From: Vulcanimicrobiota bacterium
Lineage (GTDB): Bacteria > Vulcanimicrobiota > Vulcanimicrobiia > Vulcanimicrobiales > Vulcanimicrobiaceae
Length of the DNA stretch: 64,000 nucleotides
Reading direction: 5' to 3'
Assembly: GCA_963695225.1 (NCBI GenBank)
Contig: OY968762.1
Location: forward strand, 2,240,001 to 2,304,000
In this document: in pieces, positions 28,801-37,544 of the stretch
How positions within the stretch are numbered: the first letter of the stretch is position 1
How the letters are laid out: the number at the start of each line of letters is the position of its first letter
The notes under the pieces: generated by a model
The model's input: only the letters and a program-made list of their open reading frames with translations
Databases searched by the model: none
Told to the model about the DNA's origin: nothing
Made by a program: the position numbers and the translations under genes

Positions 28801-29156
28801 AAGCCCGTCGATTCTTTGACGAACGGCGAGAAGGCGTCCGACGCGAACAGGATGGAGTTGCCGTCGGGCGTCCAGCCGGAGACGATGCACATATCGCCGC
28901 CGAGAAACGTCAGGCGGGTCGCTTCCCCGCCGGCCGCTGGCATCACGTAGACTTCGGGGTGCCCTTCCTCGCGTGCTACGAATGCGAGCGAGCTCCCGTC
29001 CGGAGAGAAGCGCGGCGTAGCGATGTCGCCGCGGCCCGTCGTCAGGCGGCGTGCGATGCCGCCGGCGCGCGGCACGGTCCAGAGGTCGTCCTCGCAGACG
29101 AAGACGATCGCGTCGTTCGCGATCGTCGGGAAGCGGTAATAGCCGAGCTTGGTCAT
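25881..29156 (-). CDS. Tricorn protease homolog (S41B)
   Basis: GYYRFPTI..IVFVCEDDLW, WKRYRGGTAG, GELGTSHAY, PDZ, DVRYNRGG, AGSDGD, GKRTWGG. Confidence 0.95.
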   Translation of the reverse strand: MTKLGYYRFPTIANDAIVFVCEDDLWTVPRAGGIARRLTTGRGDIATPRFSPDGSSLAFVAREEGHPEVYVMPAAGGEATRLTFLGGDMCIVSGWTPDGNSILFASDAFSPFVKESTGFSIPAAGGAPTPLRLGQVRTLSLSPDGRLALGLNNDDPARWKRYRGGTAGDVWIDARGTGTFARLVSLTGNVVWPMWVGERVFFLSDHEGVGNLYSVLPDGSGLRRHTDETEYYVRFPSTDGTSIVYAAGAEVRVLDPGSGRVETVPIEAPSGSTQTSRRFLDVADELDEFAPSPDGTCLALAARGRPITMPLWEEAAILHGEGSRVRYRLVAWLPDGKRFVCVSDAGGRERIELHDASRERDPIAITSEDIGRVTELAASPAAEIVAIANHRHELLLVDLDERRVRTLDKSPASRIRDLAFSPDGRWLAYACATENAWIATPDTAIVRIAKVKSGAVHDATPQMRKDRSPVWDPEGKYLYFISSRDFNPVYDALQFDLSFPQATRPYAIALRGDVPSPFVAKPAPIHKEHKDDDGEDGKKKGGRAERIAIDFDGIQGRIIAFPVEEGNYAELVAAKGRVLFTKFPVKGIEPGDAGSSDDDDETGTLYAYDFEQLRCVPLQNDVGEIRLANDRRTLAYASHGRLRVIDALGDLPEEGPEEPKPSAEAGRRTGWIDLARTHVPVEPRDEWAQMFYEAWRMQREQFWDASMTGVDWELVRDRYARLLPRIRTRGELSDLMWEMHGELGTSHAYEMGGDRRVPPAHRRGFLGADLVYDEASKGYRIVRICRGDSWNRESDSPLAEPGTLIAEGDAILAINGRLLTRAFSPDAALVDVAGREVALTVVTPPNGEARRVVVRTLRDERMLRYRAWVEKNRKEVHARTDGRVGYVHIPDMGPWGFSEFHRGFLSEFNREGLIVDVRYNRGGHVSPLLLEKLARRRVGYDVSRYGPPMPYPPESPVGPLVALTNQFAGSDGDIFSHCFKLYGLGPLVGKRTWGGVIGIDPYHALVDGTITTQPEYSFWFVDVGWTVENYGTDPDYDVDVAPHDERDGRDPQMEKALELMAQLRSENASRPLPGLEGRPRLTIPASLPPRA

Positions 29157-29237
29157 GGAACTGCAGTTATCGGAGCGAACGGATCGTTCCCACCGGGGCG
29201 AGCGGCAAGCCGTGCGCCCGCGCCGAAAGGGAGCGCG

Positions 29238-29561
29238 ATGACGGGCTTCCGAGAGCACTTTCTGGATAAGTACTTCGCGTACCGGCGGCGCTACGTCGCG
29301 GCGATCGCGGAGCGTGCGCCCGGCCGCGTCCGTCTCGCGATTACGTCCGAGGTCGCGCGCCTGGCGTTCGTCATCTTCGGAGCGGCGCTGTGCGCCCTCA
29401 TCTTCGGCTTGTTGACGTTCGCCGCGTTCGCAATCGACGGCTTCGGCTGGCGAGGGGTCGCGTTCGGATCGTGCGCTGCTTCGTCCTTGACGTTCGGCTT
29501 GCTTGCGCTACGCGGCTTGCTCGACGCGATCGCCGCGGCGCGCTCTCTGCGCAAAACGTAA
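29238..29561 (+). CDS. Hypothetical membrane protein
   Basis: MTGFREHFLDKYFAY... with two hydrophobic segments; GGGAG RBS. Confidence 0.55.
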   Translation: MTGFREHFLDKYFAYRRRYVAAIAERAPGRVRLAITSEVARLAFVIFGAALCALIFGLLTFAAFAIDGFGWRGVAFGSCAASSLTFGLLALRGLLDAIAAARSLRKT

Positions 29562-29662
29562 AGATCGTGACGACCTCTTCAGCTTTCTGCTGCGACGGCC
29601 GAAAACCCGAGTACAGCGTGAGACGGTTAAGGTCTCGCGTCGTTCGCACAGGAGTCGCAACG

Positions 29663-29953
29663 GTGGAAACCCCCCACGATATCGACCAGCTGCTCTACTC
29701 GATCCTCGCGGATGCCCGCGTCGAGTCGTCGGAGCGGGACCGCCTGACGGTTGAAGATCGCGCCTTCGTCGGGAAGATGCTCGACGCCATCGATCGCGGC
29801 AGCAAGGCCGTCTTCGTGGTCGTGAATCCGGACAACAGCCTCGACTACCTGATCGCCAACGAATCGCGCACCGGCGCAATCGGAATTCTCGCCCGCATGA
29901 TCCAGCGCACCGCCCGCCACATCAACGAGCGCGGCGACCGGGCGATCGACTAA
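29663..29953 (+). CDS. Hypothetical protein
   Basis: AGGAG RBS then GTG; METPHDIDQLLYSIL...; typical codon usage. Confidence 0.65.
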   Translation: METPHDIDQLLYSILADARVESSERDRLTVEDRAFVGKMLDAIDRGSKAVFVVVNPDNSLDYLIANESRTGAIGILARMIQRTARHINERGDRAID

Positions 29954-29986
29954 TCGCCTACGACGCTGCGCGTCGTAGGCGGGGTG

Positions 29987-30197
29987 TGATGCCCCACGAT
30001 GCTTGCGCATCGCGGGGACCCCACGACGGTGACGGTCCGGCTGCGCTCCTCCCGCACGCGGAGCGCGCGGGAGATTCCCCGCGATGATACCCCACGATGC
30101 TTGCGCATCGCGGGGACCCCACGACGGTGACGGTCCGGCTGCGCTCCTCCCGCACGCGGAGCGCGCGGGAGATTCCCCGCGATGGAACATCGCGGGG
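29987..30197. repeat. Tandem duplication (98-bp period) of a palindromic REP-like element
   Basis: Two copies starting CCCCACGATGCTTGCGCATCGCGGGGACCCC at 29992 and 30090, closed by hairpin CCCCGCGATG-GAA-CATCGCGGGG. Confidence 0.88.
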
Positions 30198-30277
30198 CCT
30201 TCTTTATTCCTGCGATCTTGTGGCGGCGAACGGGGCGGTTGGGGGCTTGGGGTTTTGGTTTGGCGTAGTGGGCGGGG

Positions 30278-31261
30278 ATGGATGAGATGGATTCGGTTAT
30301 TCTGCGGATGATCGATGCGGGGGAGCAGCGGGGTTTGGCTCGGGCGATTTCCCGGGCGGAGAGCGGGCACGGGGCCGGGTTGATGCGGGCTCTGTTCGAA
30401 CGGACGGGGCGGGCCATGACGATCGGGCTGACGGGGCCGCCCGGTGTCGGGAAGTCGACGCTTTCCTCGGCGCTCGTGCGCACCGCGCGCGCGCACGGGA
30501 AGAGCGTCGGCGTGATCTCGGTCGATCCCAGCTCGCCGTTCTCGCACGGCGCGATCCTCGGCGACCGCATTCGATTGACGGAGCATTTCACGGATCCCGA
30601 AGTGTTCATCCGCTCGATGGCCTCGCGCGGGCATCTCGGCGGCCTCGCCGGCGCGACCGGTGATGCGGTCGCGTTCATGGATGCGTTCGGCAAGGACGTC
30701 GTCATCATCGAGACGGTCGGCGTCGGCCAATCGGAGGTCGAGATCGCCGAACTCGCCGATACGACGCTCGTGTGCTTGCAACCGGGGAGCGGCGATTCGA
30801 TTCAATTGCTCAAGGCCGGGATTCTCGAAGTCGCGGACGTGTTCGTCGTGAATAAGGCCGACCACCCGATGGCCCTGCACCTGCAACGCGAGATTCGCTC
30901 GATGATGGAGATGCTCGACTTTACGGGATGGACGCCCGCGCTCGTGCTCACGCAAGCGAACGAAGGGAAAGGGCTCGCCGAACTCTGGGATGCGATCGTC
31001 GGGCACGGCGAGTACTTGCGCGCGAGCGGAGAGATGGAGCGCAAGCGGAGAACGGCCTTCGCGCATCGCGTGCGCGCGCTCGTCATGGGCGACCTCGAAA
31101 GGCAAGTCAACCGGGAGATCTCGGCGCGAACGAGGGGGCCCTTAGCGGCGGATCCCTACCGGATCGCCGCCCACATCGCTGCGGACGTGCGCGCCGGGCG
31201 CGACGAGCTGGAGCCCCCGGGAGAAACTGCCGAAGTGCGCTCGACCGTCAAAGGTCTCTGA
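30278..31261 (+). CDS. meaB: MeaB/ArgK GTPase chaperone of B12-dependent mutases
   Basis: [47 protein letters not shown]. Confidence 0.94.
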   Translation: MDEMDSVILRMIDAGEQRGLARAISRAESGHGAGLMRALFERTGRAMTIGLTGPPGVGKSTLSSALVRTARAHGKSVGVISVDPSSPFSHGAILGDRIRLTEHFTDPEVFIRSMASRGHLGGLAGATGDAVAFMDAFGKDVVIIETVGVGQSEVEIAELADTTLVCLQPGSGDSIQLLKAGILEVADVFVVNKADHPMALHLQREIRSMMEMLDFTGWTPALVLTQANEGKGLAELWDAIVGHGEYLRASGEMERKRRTAFAHRVRALVMGDLERQVNREISARTRGPLAADPYRIAAHIAADVRAGRDELEPPGETAEVRSTVKGL

Positions 31262-31346
31262 AAGCGCCGGCGTTTCCGGGAAACGTTTCGCGCGGACCGA
31301 ACAACCCATATCCGCACTCCCCCTCAATGCCCGCAAGGAATCTGCA

Positions 31347-33059
31347 TTGGCACGAATGATCGATCGCCCCACCGGGCTTGGACCGGCGGCGTCCCCCGAG
31401 TATGCCGAACTCATCGCACGCCGCGAGGCGAAGTTGCGCCGTTCGAAGCCGCGCAGCGGACCGGGTTCGGGTGCCACGGATCGCACGATCTCGGATCTTC
31501 CGCTCAAGGCGCTGTACGGGCCGGAGGATGTCGCGCATCTCGATCTCGTTCGCGATCTGGGAGTCCCCGGCGAGTATCCGTACACGCGCGGCATCCACGC
31601 GAACATGTACCGCGACCGGCTCTGGACGATGCGCCAATTCGCCGGCTTCGGGAACGCGCGCCAGACGAACGAACGCTACCATTATCTGCTGGCGCAGGGG
31701 CAGATGGGGCTCTCGGTCGCGTTCGACATGCCGACGTTGATGGGGTACGACTCCGACAGCCCGAAATCGCTCGGCGAAGTCGGGAAGTGCGGCGTCGCGA
31801 TCGACTCGCTCGCCGATATGGAACGGCTTTTCGAGGGGATCGACATGGGCGCGATCACGACCTCGATGACGATCAACGGTCCCGCCGCGATCGCGCTCGC
31901 GCAATACATCGCGGCGGCGGAGAAGAAGGGCATTCCGCGCGCCGCGCTCGGCGGTACGCTCCAGGCGGACATTCTCAAAGAATACATCGCGCAGAAGGAG
32001 TGGATCTTCCCGCCAAGGCCGCACGTGCGGATCATCGTCGACATGATGCGGTTTTGCCGCGACGAGATGCCGAAGTGGAACACGATCTCGATCTCCGGCT
32101 ACCACATCCGGGAGGCGGGCTCGACGGCCGTTCAGGAGTTGGCCTTCACGCTCGGCGACGGTTTCGCATACGTTGAAGCGGCGATGAAAGCCGGCATGGA
32201 CGTCGATTCGTTCGCGCCGCGGCTCTCGTTCTTCTTCAACTCGCACAGCGACTTCTTCGAGGAGATCTGCAAGTTCCGTGCGGCGCGCCGAATCTATGCG
32301 CGCCGCATGCGCGAGAAGTACGGCGCGAAGGATCCGCGCTCGTGGCAGCTCCGCTTCCACACTCAGACCGCGGGTTGCAGCGCGACCGCGCAGCAGCCGA
32401 TCAACAACGTCGTGCGCGTCGCATACGAAGCGATGGCCGCGGCGCTCGGCGGAACGCAATCGCTGCACACGAACTCGATGGACGAAGTTCTCGCGCTCCC
32501 CAACGAGCGCTCGGTCGAAGTCGCGCTGCGCACGCAGCAGATCCTCGCCTACGAGACGAACGTGACGAACGTTATCGATCCCCTCGGCGGCTCGTATTTC
32601 GTCGAGGCGCTGACCGACGAGATGGAGCGCCAAGCGGAGGAGTATTTCCGCCAGGTCGAGGAGTTCGGCGGCGTGATCGAGGCGATCGAAGCCGGCTTCT
32701 TCCAGCGCGAGATCGCGGATGCGGCGTATCGCTACCAGCGCTCGCTCGAAACGAAGGACCGCATCATCATCGGCGTCAACGCGTTCGAGCGGGCGGGCTC
32801 GGAATCCGACATCGACTTGCTCAAGATCGACCGCGCGGTCGAGCGCGAGCAGCGCGAGTCCGTCGGCGCCGTCCGGGCGAGCCGCGACGGCGCGAAGGTC
32901 GAAGCCGCGCTCGCCGCGCTCAAGCGCGCCTGCGGCGACGAGGCGGAGAACGTCATGCCGCCGTTGATCGACGCGGTCAACGCGCTCGCGACCGAAGGCG
33001 AGATCGTCGAAGCGATGGCCGAGGTTTACGGCCGGTACACCGAACAGCCCCGATTCTAA
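31347..33059 (+). CDS. B12-dependent acyl-CoA mutase large subunit, isobutyryl-CoA mutase (IcmA)-like
   Basis: [56 protein letters not shown]; start may be the ATG of MIDRP a few codons downstream. Confidence 0.9.
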   Translation: MARMIDRPTGLGPAASPEYAELIARREAKLRRSKPRSGPGSGATDRTISDLPLKALYGPEDVAHLDLVRDLGVPGEYPYTRGIHANMYRDRLWTMRQFAGFGNARQTNERYHYLLAQGQMGLSVAFDMPTLMGYDSDSPKSLGEVGKCGVAIDSLADMERLFEGIDMGAITTSMTINGPAAIALAQYIAAAEKKGIPRAALGGTLQADILKEYIAQKEWIFPPRPHVRIIVDMMRFCRDEMPKWNTISISGYHIREAGSTAVQELAFTLGDGFAYVEAAMKAGMDVDSFAPRLSFFFNSHSDFFEEICKFRAARRIYARRMREKYGAKDPRSWQLRFHTQTAGCSATAQQPINNVVRVAYEAMAAALGGTQSLHTNSMDEVLALPNERSVEVALRTQQILAYETNVTNVIDPLGGSYFVEALTDEMERQAEEYFRQVEEFGGVIEAIEAGFFQREIADAAYRYQRSLETKDRIIIGVNAFERAGSESDIDLLKIDRAVEREQRESVGAVRASRDGAKVEAALAALKRACGDEAENVMPPLIDAVNALATEGEIVEAMAEVYGRYTEQPRF

Positions 33060-33127
33060 GGAGGAGCCGCTCGCCCGCCCCCTCGTTGGAGGTGGGCGCG
33101 CGGCCGGGGGCGGAAGACGAGGTTCTG

Positions 33128-33547
33128 ATGGAAACACAACGCCCGCTCCGCATCGTCGTTGCGAAGGCCGGCCTCGACGGCCACGACCGAGGTGCCAAAG
33201 TCATCGCCCGCGCGTTGCGCGACGCGGGGATGGAAGTGATATACACGGGGCTCTTTCAAACCCCCGAACAGATCGTGCAAACCGCGATTCAGGAGGATGC
33301 CGACGGGATCGGCCTCTCGATCCTCTCCGGCGCGCACATGACGCTCTTTCCGATGGTGCTCGAGCAGCTCCAGGCGCAGGGCGCCGGCGACATCGTCTTT
33401 TTCGGCGGCGGAACGATTCCGCCCGAAGACATGGCGGAACTCAAGCGGCTCGGCGTGCGGGAAGTGTTCACGCCGGGGGCTCCTCTTTCCGAGATCATCG
33501 CGTTCGTCGAGCGCGAATGCGGGAAGCGCCGGACGCTCGTCGGTTAG
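33128..33547 (+). CDS. Cobalamin-binding small subunit of acyl-CoA mutase
   Basis: GLDGHDRGAKVI (DxHxxG), LSILSGAH, GGGTIP, FTPG. Confidence 0.94.
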   Translation: METQRPLRIVVAKAGLDGHDRGAKVIARALRDAGMEVIYTGLFQTPEQIVQTAIQEDADGIGLSILSGAHMTLFPMVLEQLQAQGAGDIVFFGGGTIPPEDMAELKRLGVREVFTPGAPLSEIIAFVERECGKRRTLVG

Positions 33548-33600
33548 CCCGGCGAACCCGGCGACGGGAGCCGGCTCTCGGTAGCTGGTAAGAGTCTCCC

Positions 33601-35076
33601 ATGATCGTTCGCACCCGCGTCGCCCCATCGCCGACGGGCGATCCGCATGTCGGCACGGCCTACGTGGCCTTGATGAATTACTGTTTCGCCCGGAAGGCGG
33701 GCGGCGAATTCATCCTGCGCATCGAGGATACCGATCAGCAGCGCAGCACGGCCGAATCCGAACGCGCGATCTTGGAATCCCTGCGCTGGCTCGGCGTCGC
33801 CTGGTCGGAGGGCCCGGACGTCGGCGGCCCGCACGGCCCGTACCGTCAGAGCGAGCGGACCGCGATCTACCGCGACCACGTGCAGATCCTGCTCGAGCGC
33901 GGGCATGCCTTCCGATGCTACTGCTCGCCCGAGCGGCTCGAGGCGATGCGCGAAGAGCAGCGGCGTGCAGGGAGGCCGCCGGCTTACGACGGCCGGTGCC
34001 TGCGCTTGACGGCGGAGGAGAGCGCGGCCTACGAAACCGCGCATGCGCCGTCCGTCGTGCGCATGAGGGTTCCGGCGACCGGCACCTGCGTCGTCAACGA
34101 TCTGCTGCGCGGCCCGATCGAGATCGAATGGCACACGGTCGACATGCAAGTGCTCATGAAATCCGACGGCATGCCGACCTACCACCTCGCGAACGTGGTC
34201 GACGACCACCTCATGCGGATCACCCACGTCTTTCGCGGCGAAGAATGGGTGCCGTCGGCGCCCAAGCACGTTTTGCTCTATCAGTATTTCGGCTGGCAGA
34301 TGCCGCAGATCGGGCATTTGCCGCTCCTGCGCAATGCCGACAAGAGCAAGCTCAGCAAACGGAAGAACCCGACGAGCATCCTCTTCTACCGGCGGATGGG
34401 CTACCTGCCCGAGGCGCTGACGAACTTCCTGGGCCTCTTCGCCGTCTCGACTTCCGAGGGCGAGGAGATGATGGACGTCGAGACGTTGATCCGCCGCTTC
34501 GACGTCAAGAACATCGCCCTCGGCGGCCCCGTCTTCGACGTCGCGAAACTCGACTGGTTCAACGCGCGCTACATCCGCGAGACGCTCGACGTGCACGGGT
34601 TCATGCACGCCGTACAGAAATGGACGTACGATCAGGCGGCGCTTGCGAAGATCGCGACTCTCGCGCAAACGCGCATCGAGCGCCTCAGCGATCTCGGTCC
34701 GCTGCTCTCGTTCCTGTTCGCGGGCGGCCTCGACGTGACGGCCCAGGATCTGCGCGGCGGCCGGATCGACGAGGAGACGGTGCGCCGGCTCTTCGTCATC
34801 GCGCTCGTCGAACTCGACGGGCTCGCGGAATGGGAGCTCCACGGGATCGAGCGCGTGATGCGGGAGATCGGCGAGCGGACGAGTCTCAAGTTCCGCGATC
34901 TGGTACGGCCGTTCTACGTGGCGATCACGGGGAGCCCGACCTCGGTGCCGTTGTTCAACTCGATGGAACTGCTCGGGCGGGATCTCTGCCGCGAACGCTT
35001 GCGGCGCGCGCTCGCGGCCCTCGGCGGCGCGACGAAGAACGAAGTGCAGGCGTGGCTGCGCGAAGCCGAGAGATAG
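33601..35076 (+). CDS. gltX: Glutamate-tRNA ligase
   Basis: RVAPSPTGDPHVGT, LRIEDTD, PYRQSER, RGEEW, KLSKR. Confidence 0.96.
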   Translation: MIVRTRVAPSPTGDPHVGTAYVALMNYCFARKAGGEFILRIEDTDQQRSTAESERAILESLRWLGVAWSEGPDVGGPHGPYRQSERTAIYRDHVQILLERGHAFRCYCSPERLEAMREEQRRAGRPPAYDGRCLRLTAEESAAYETAHAPSVVRMRVPATGTCVVNDLLRGPIEIEWHTVDMQVLMKSDGMPTYHLANVVDDHLMRITHVFRGEEWVPSAPKHVLLYQYFGWQMPQIGHLPLLRNADKSKLSKRKNPTSILFYRRMGYLPEALTNFLGLFAVSTSEGEEMMDVETLIRRFDVKNIALGGPVFDVAKLDWFNARYIRETLDVHGFMHAVQKWTYDQAALAKIATLAQTRIERLSDLGPLLSFLFAGGLDVTAQDLRGGRIDEETVRRLFVIALVELDGLAEWELHGIERVMREIGERTSLKFRDLVRPFYVAITGSPTSVPLFNSMELLGRDLCRERLRRALAALGGATKNEVQAWLREAER

Positions 35077-35104
35077 ATTCTGTGACGGGGAAGGAGTCGG
35101 CGTC

Positions 35105-36454
35105 ATGAGCATTCGCGCGATCGTGTTGGCGGCAGGGAAGGGGACGCGCATGAAGAGCGCGCGCCCCAAGGTGCTGCACGAGCTCTGCGGGCGCCCGATG
35201 CTGTGGTACGTGTTGCGCGCGCTGCGGGATGCGAACGTCGCCGAGACGATCGTCGTCGTGAACGGCGACCTGCAACCCCACGTGCAGCAGATCGCCCAGG
35301 CGGCCGGGACCGTCGAAGTCCGCACGGTCCTGCAAGAGCCGCAACTCGGAACGGGGCATGCCGTCCAGATCGCGCTCGCGGCGCTCGAACCGCGTGAGGG
35401 GACCGTGCTCGTCCTCAACGCGGACCTTCCGCTCGTCGACGCGGAGCTGATCTCCCGTGCGATCCTCGGCCGGGAGACGGCGCTCGCGCTCGTGACCGCG
35501 CGCATGCCGCTCCCCTCCAACTTCGGGCGCATCGTGCGCGACGGTCCTCGCGTCCGCAAGATCGTCGAGGAACGCGACGCGACCGAAGACGAACGCGCGC
35601 TCGACGAGATGAACGCCGGCCTTTACGCCTACGACGAGACGAAGCTGCGCGAGTCGATCGCTCGGTTGCGCAACGACAATGCCCAGAGCGAGTACTATCT
35701 GACGGACACGATCGCGCTGCTCGTCGCCGCCGGCGAAGCCGTCGTCCCGGTCGTCGCGGAGGATTACCGGAGCGTGCTCGGCGTCAACGACCGCGTCGAG
35801 CTGGCGCGAGCCGCGGCGCGCCTGAACGCGATGCTCTGCGAGCGCCACATGCGCGCCGGCGTCACGATCCTCGATCCGTCGACGACGTATCTGGAACCGG
35901 ACCTCGAGATCGCCCCCGACGCGGTGATTCGCCCGAACACCTCGATCCAGGCGCGAAGCGCGATCGGGGCGGAGAGCGAGATCGGGCCGAACGCGCGGCT
36001 CGTCGGCGCGGTAATCGGGCGGCATGCGATCGTCACCGAGAGCGTCGTCGTCGAGAGCACGATCGGAGACTTCGCGACGGTTGGCCCGTTCGCTCACGTC
36101 CGGGCCGGCGCGCGCATCGGAACGGGCGTCAAAGTCGGGAACTTCGTCGAGATCAAGAGCTCGCAGCTCGCGCCGGGCGTCAAAGCCGGGCATCTGAGCT
36201 ATCTCGGGGACGCTACGATCGGAGAGCGCGCGAATATCGGCGCCGGGACGATCACCTGCAACTACGACGGGAGCGTCAAGCACCGGACGTACGTCGGCGC
36301 CGACGCATTCATCGGCTCGAACTCCTCGCTCGTCGCGCCGCTCTCGATCGGAGAGCGCGCCCTAACCGGTGCGGGGTCCGTCGTCATTCACGACGTGGCG
36401 CCGCTCGAGCGAGTCGTCGGGAACCCGGCCCGGCCGATCAAGAGGGAAGGCTGA
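35105..36454 (+). CDS. glmU: Bifunctional UDP-GlcNAc pyrophosphorylase/acetyltransferase
   Basis: LAAGKGTRMKS, QLGTGHA, EYYLTD, GVND, GNFVEIK, HLSYLGD, TCNYDG. Confidence 0.96.
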   Translation: MSIRAIVLAAGKGTRMKSARPKVLHELCGRPMLWYVLRALRDANVAETIVVVNGDLQPHVQQIAQAAGTVEVRTVLQEPQLGTGHAVQIALAALEPREGTVLVLNADLPLVDAELISRAILGRETALALVTARMPLPSNFGRIVRDGPRVRKIVEERDATEDERALDEMNAGLYAYDETKLRESIARLRNDNAQSEYYLTDTIALLVAAGEAVVPVVAEDYRSVLGVNDRVELARAAARLNAMLCERHMRAGVTILDPSTTYLEPDLEIAPDAVIRPNTSIQARSAIGAESEIGPNARLVGAVIGRHAIVTESVVVESTIGDFATVGPFAHVRAGARIGTGVKVGNFVEIKSSQLAPGVKAGHLSYLGDATIGERANIGAGTITCNYDGSVKHRTYVGADAFIGSNSSLVAPLSIGERALTGAGSVVIHDVAPLERVVGNPARPIKREG

Positions 36455-37430
36455 GCGCCCGTGCCGTGACCGACCGTTCGAGGAGTTTCGTCAGCGCATA
36501 GATGCGGCTCGTCAACGGCGTCGGGACGTCGAGCAGCGCTCCCAGCTCGACAATCGCGCCGGTCAGCGCGTCGAGTTCGAGCGGTTTGCGGGCTTCGAGA
36601 TCCTGGAGCATCGACGTCTTGTGGTCGCCGACGCGGCGTGCGGCCTCGATGCGGCGATCGATCGTGATCTCGAACGTGATGCCCAGGCGCTCCGCGATCG
36701 GGACGCATTCGCCCATCATCTCGCGTACGATGGCGTTGAGGCCGGGGTCTTCGCACATCGCTGCCAGCGTCGCGCGCGTCAGCGCGCTGAGCGGATTGAA
36801 CGAGGCGTTCCCGAGCAGCTTCACCCAGAGGTGATACCGGATGTTCGGCTCGACCGGCGCCTTCAGGCCCGCCGCCCCCAAGTCGGCGGCGATCGCCGCC
36901 GCCCGTGCGCTGCACGTGCGATCCGGCTCGCCAAGCGCGTAGCGCAACCCTTCGAGGTGCCGCAGGACGCCGGGCGCCTCGACGGCGATCGAGGAGTGGA
37001 TGACGCAGCCGAGGACGCGCCGCGCGCCGATCGTCCGTGCGATCCTCCCGCCGGGGTCGACGCTCTCGAGCGTCGTTCCTTCGTACGGGCCGCCGTGGAG
37101 TTGGAAATACCACCACGGAATCCCGTTCTGCATCGAGACGACGATGGTTTCGGGGCCGAAAAGCGATGGCAAGTCGGCGAGCACGGCGCCGATCTGGTGC
37201 GCTTTGAGCGTCAACAGCACGACGTCGACCGGACCGACCGCGGCGATCTGTTCGCAGACGGCCGGATGCGCGACGAATTCGCCGCTCGCGGTCTTCACCA
37301 CGACGCCGCGTTCGCGCATCGCCGCGGCGTGCGCTCCGCGCGTCACGAGCGTGACGCGGCGCCCGGAGCGCGCGAGGCACGCTCCGACGTATCCGCCGAT
37401 CGCGCCGGCGCCGATCACCGCATAGTGCAT
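36438..37430 (-). CDS. 2-dehydropantoate 2-reductase family protein (possible oxalyl-CoA reductase)
   Basis: GAGAIGG, LKAH, MQNGIPWWYF, WVKLLGN, HKTSMLQD. Confidence 0.88.
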   Translation of the reverse strand: MHYAVIGAGAIGGYVGACLARSGRRVTLVTRGAHAAAMRERGVVVKTASGEFVAHPAVCEQIAAVGPVDVVLLTLKAHQIGAVLADLPSLFGPETIVVSMQNGIPWWYFQLHGGPYEGTTLESVDPGGRIARTIGARRVLGCVIHSSIAVEAPGVLRHLEGLRYALGEPDRTCSARAAAIAADLGAAGLKAPVEPNIRYHLWVKLLGNASFNPLSALTRATLAAMCEDPGLNAIVREMMGECVPIAERLGITFEITIDRRIEAARRVGDHKTSMLQDLEARKPLELDALTGAIVELGALLDVPTPLTSRIYALTKLLERSVTARALSLPS

Positions 37431-37544
37431 GAGGTTCCCTGCCGCAAGGCGTTGTGCTGTTCTCTGCGCTCCATCCCTTGCGGTTCCTCTCGAGCGCGCG
37501 CGGCGCGCGCCGGAGGATTGCGAGCCTTAGCGAAAGGAGCGCTC

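Noticed and set aside
29987..30197. Possible CRISPR array
   Set aside because: Only two units, the would-be spacers are identical, and no cas genes are nearby
36369..37544. N-terminal extension of the 898-aa ORF
   Set aside because: Antisense shadow of the PanE-like gene; the real start has an RBS before 37545
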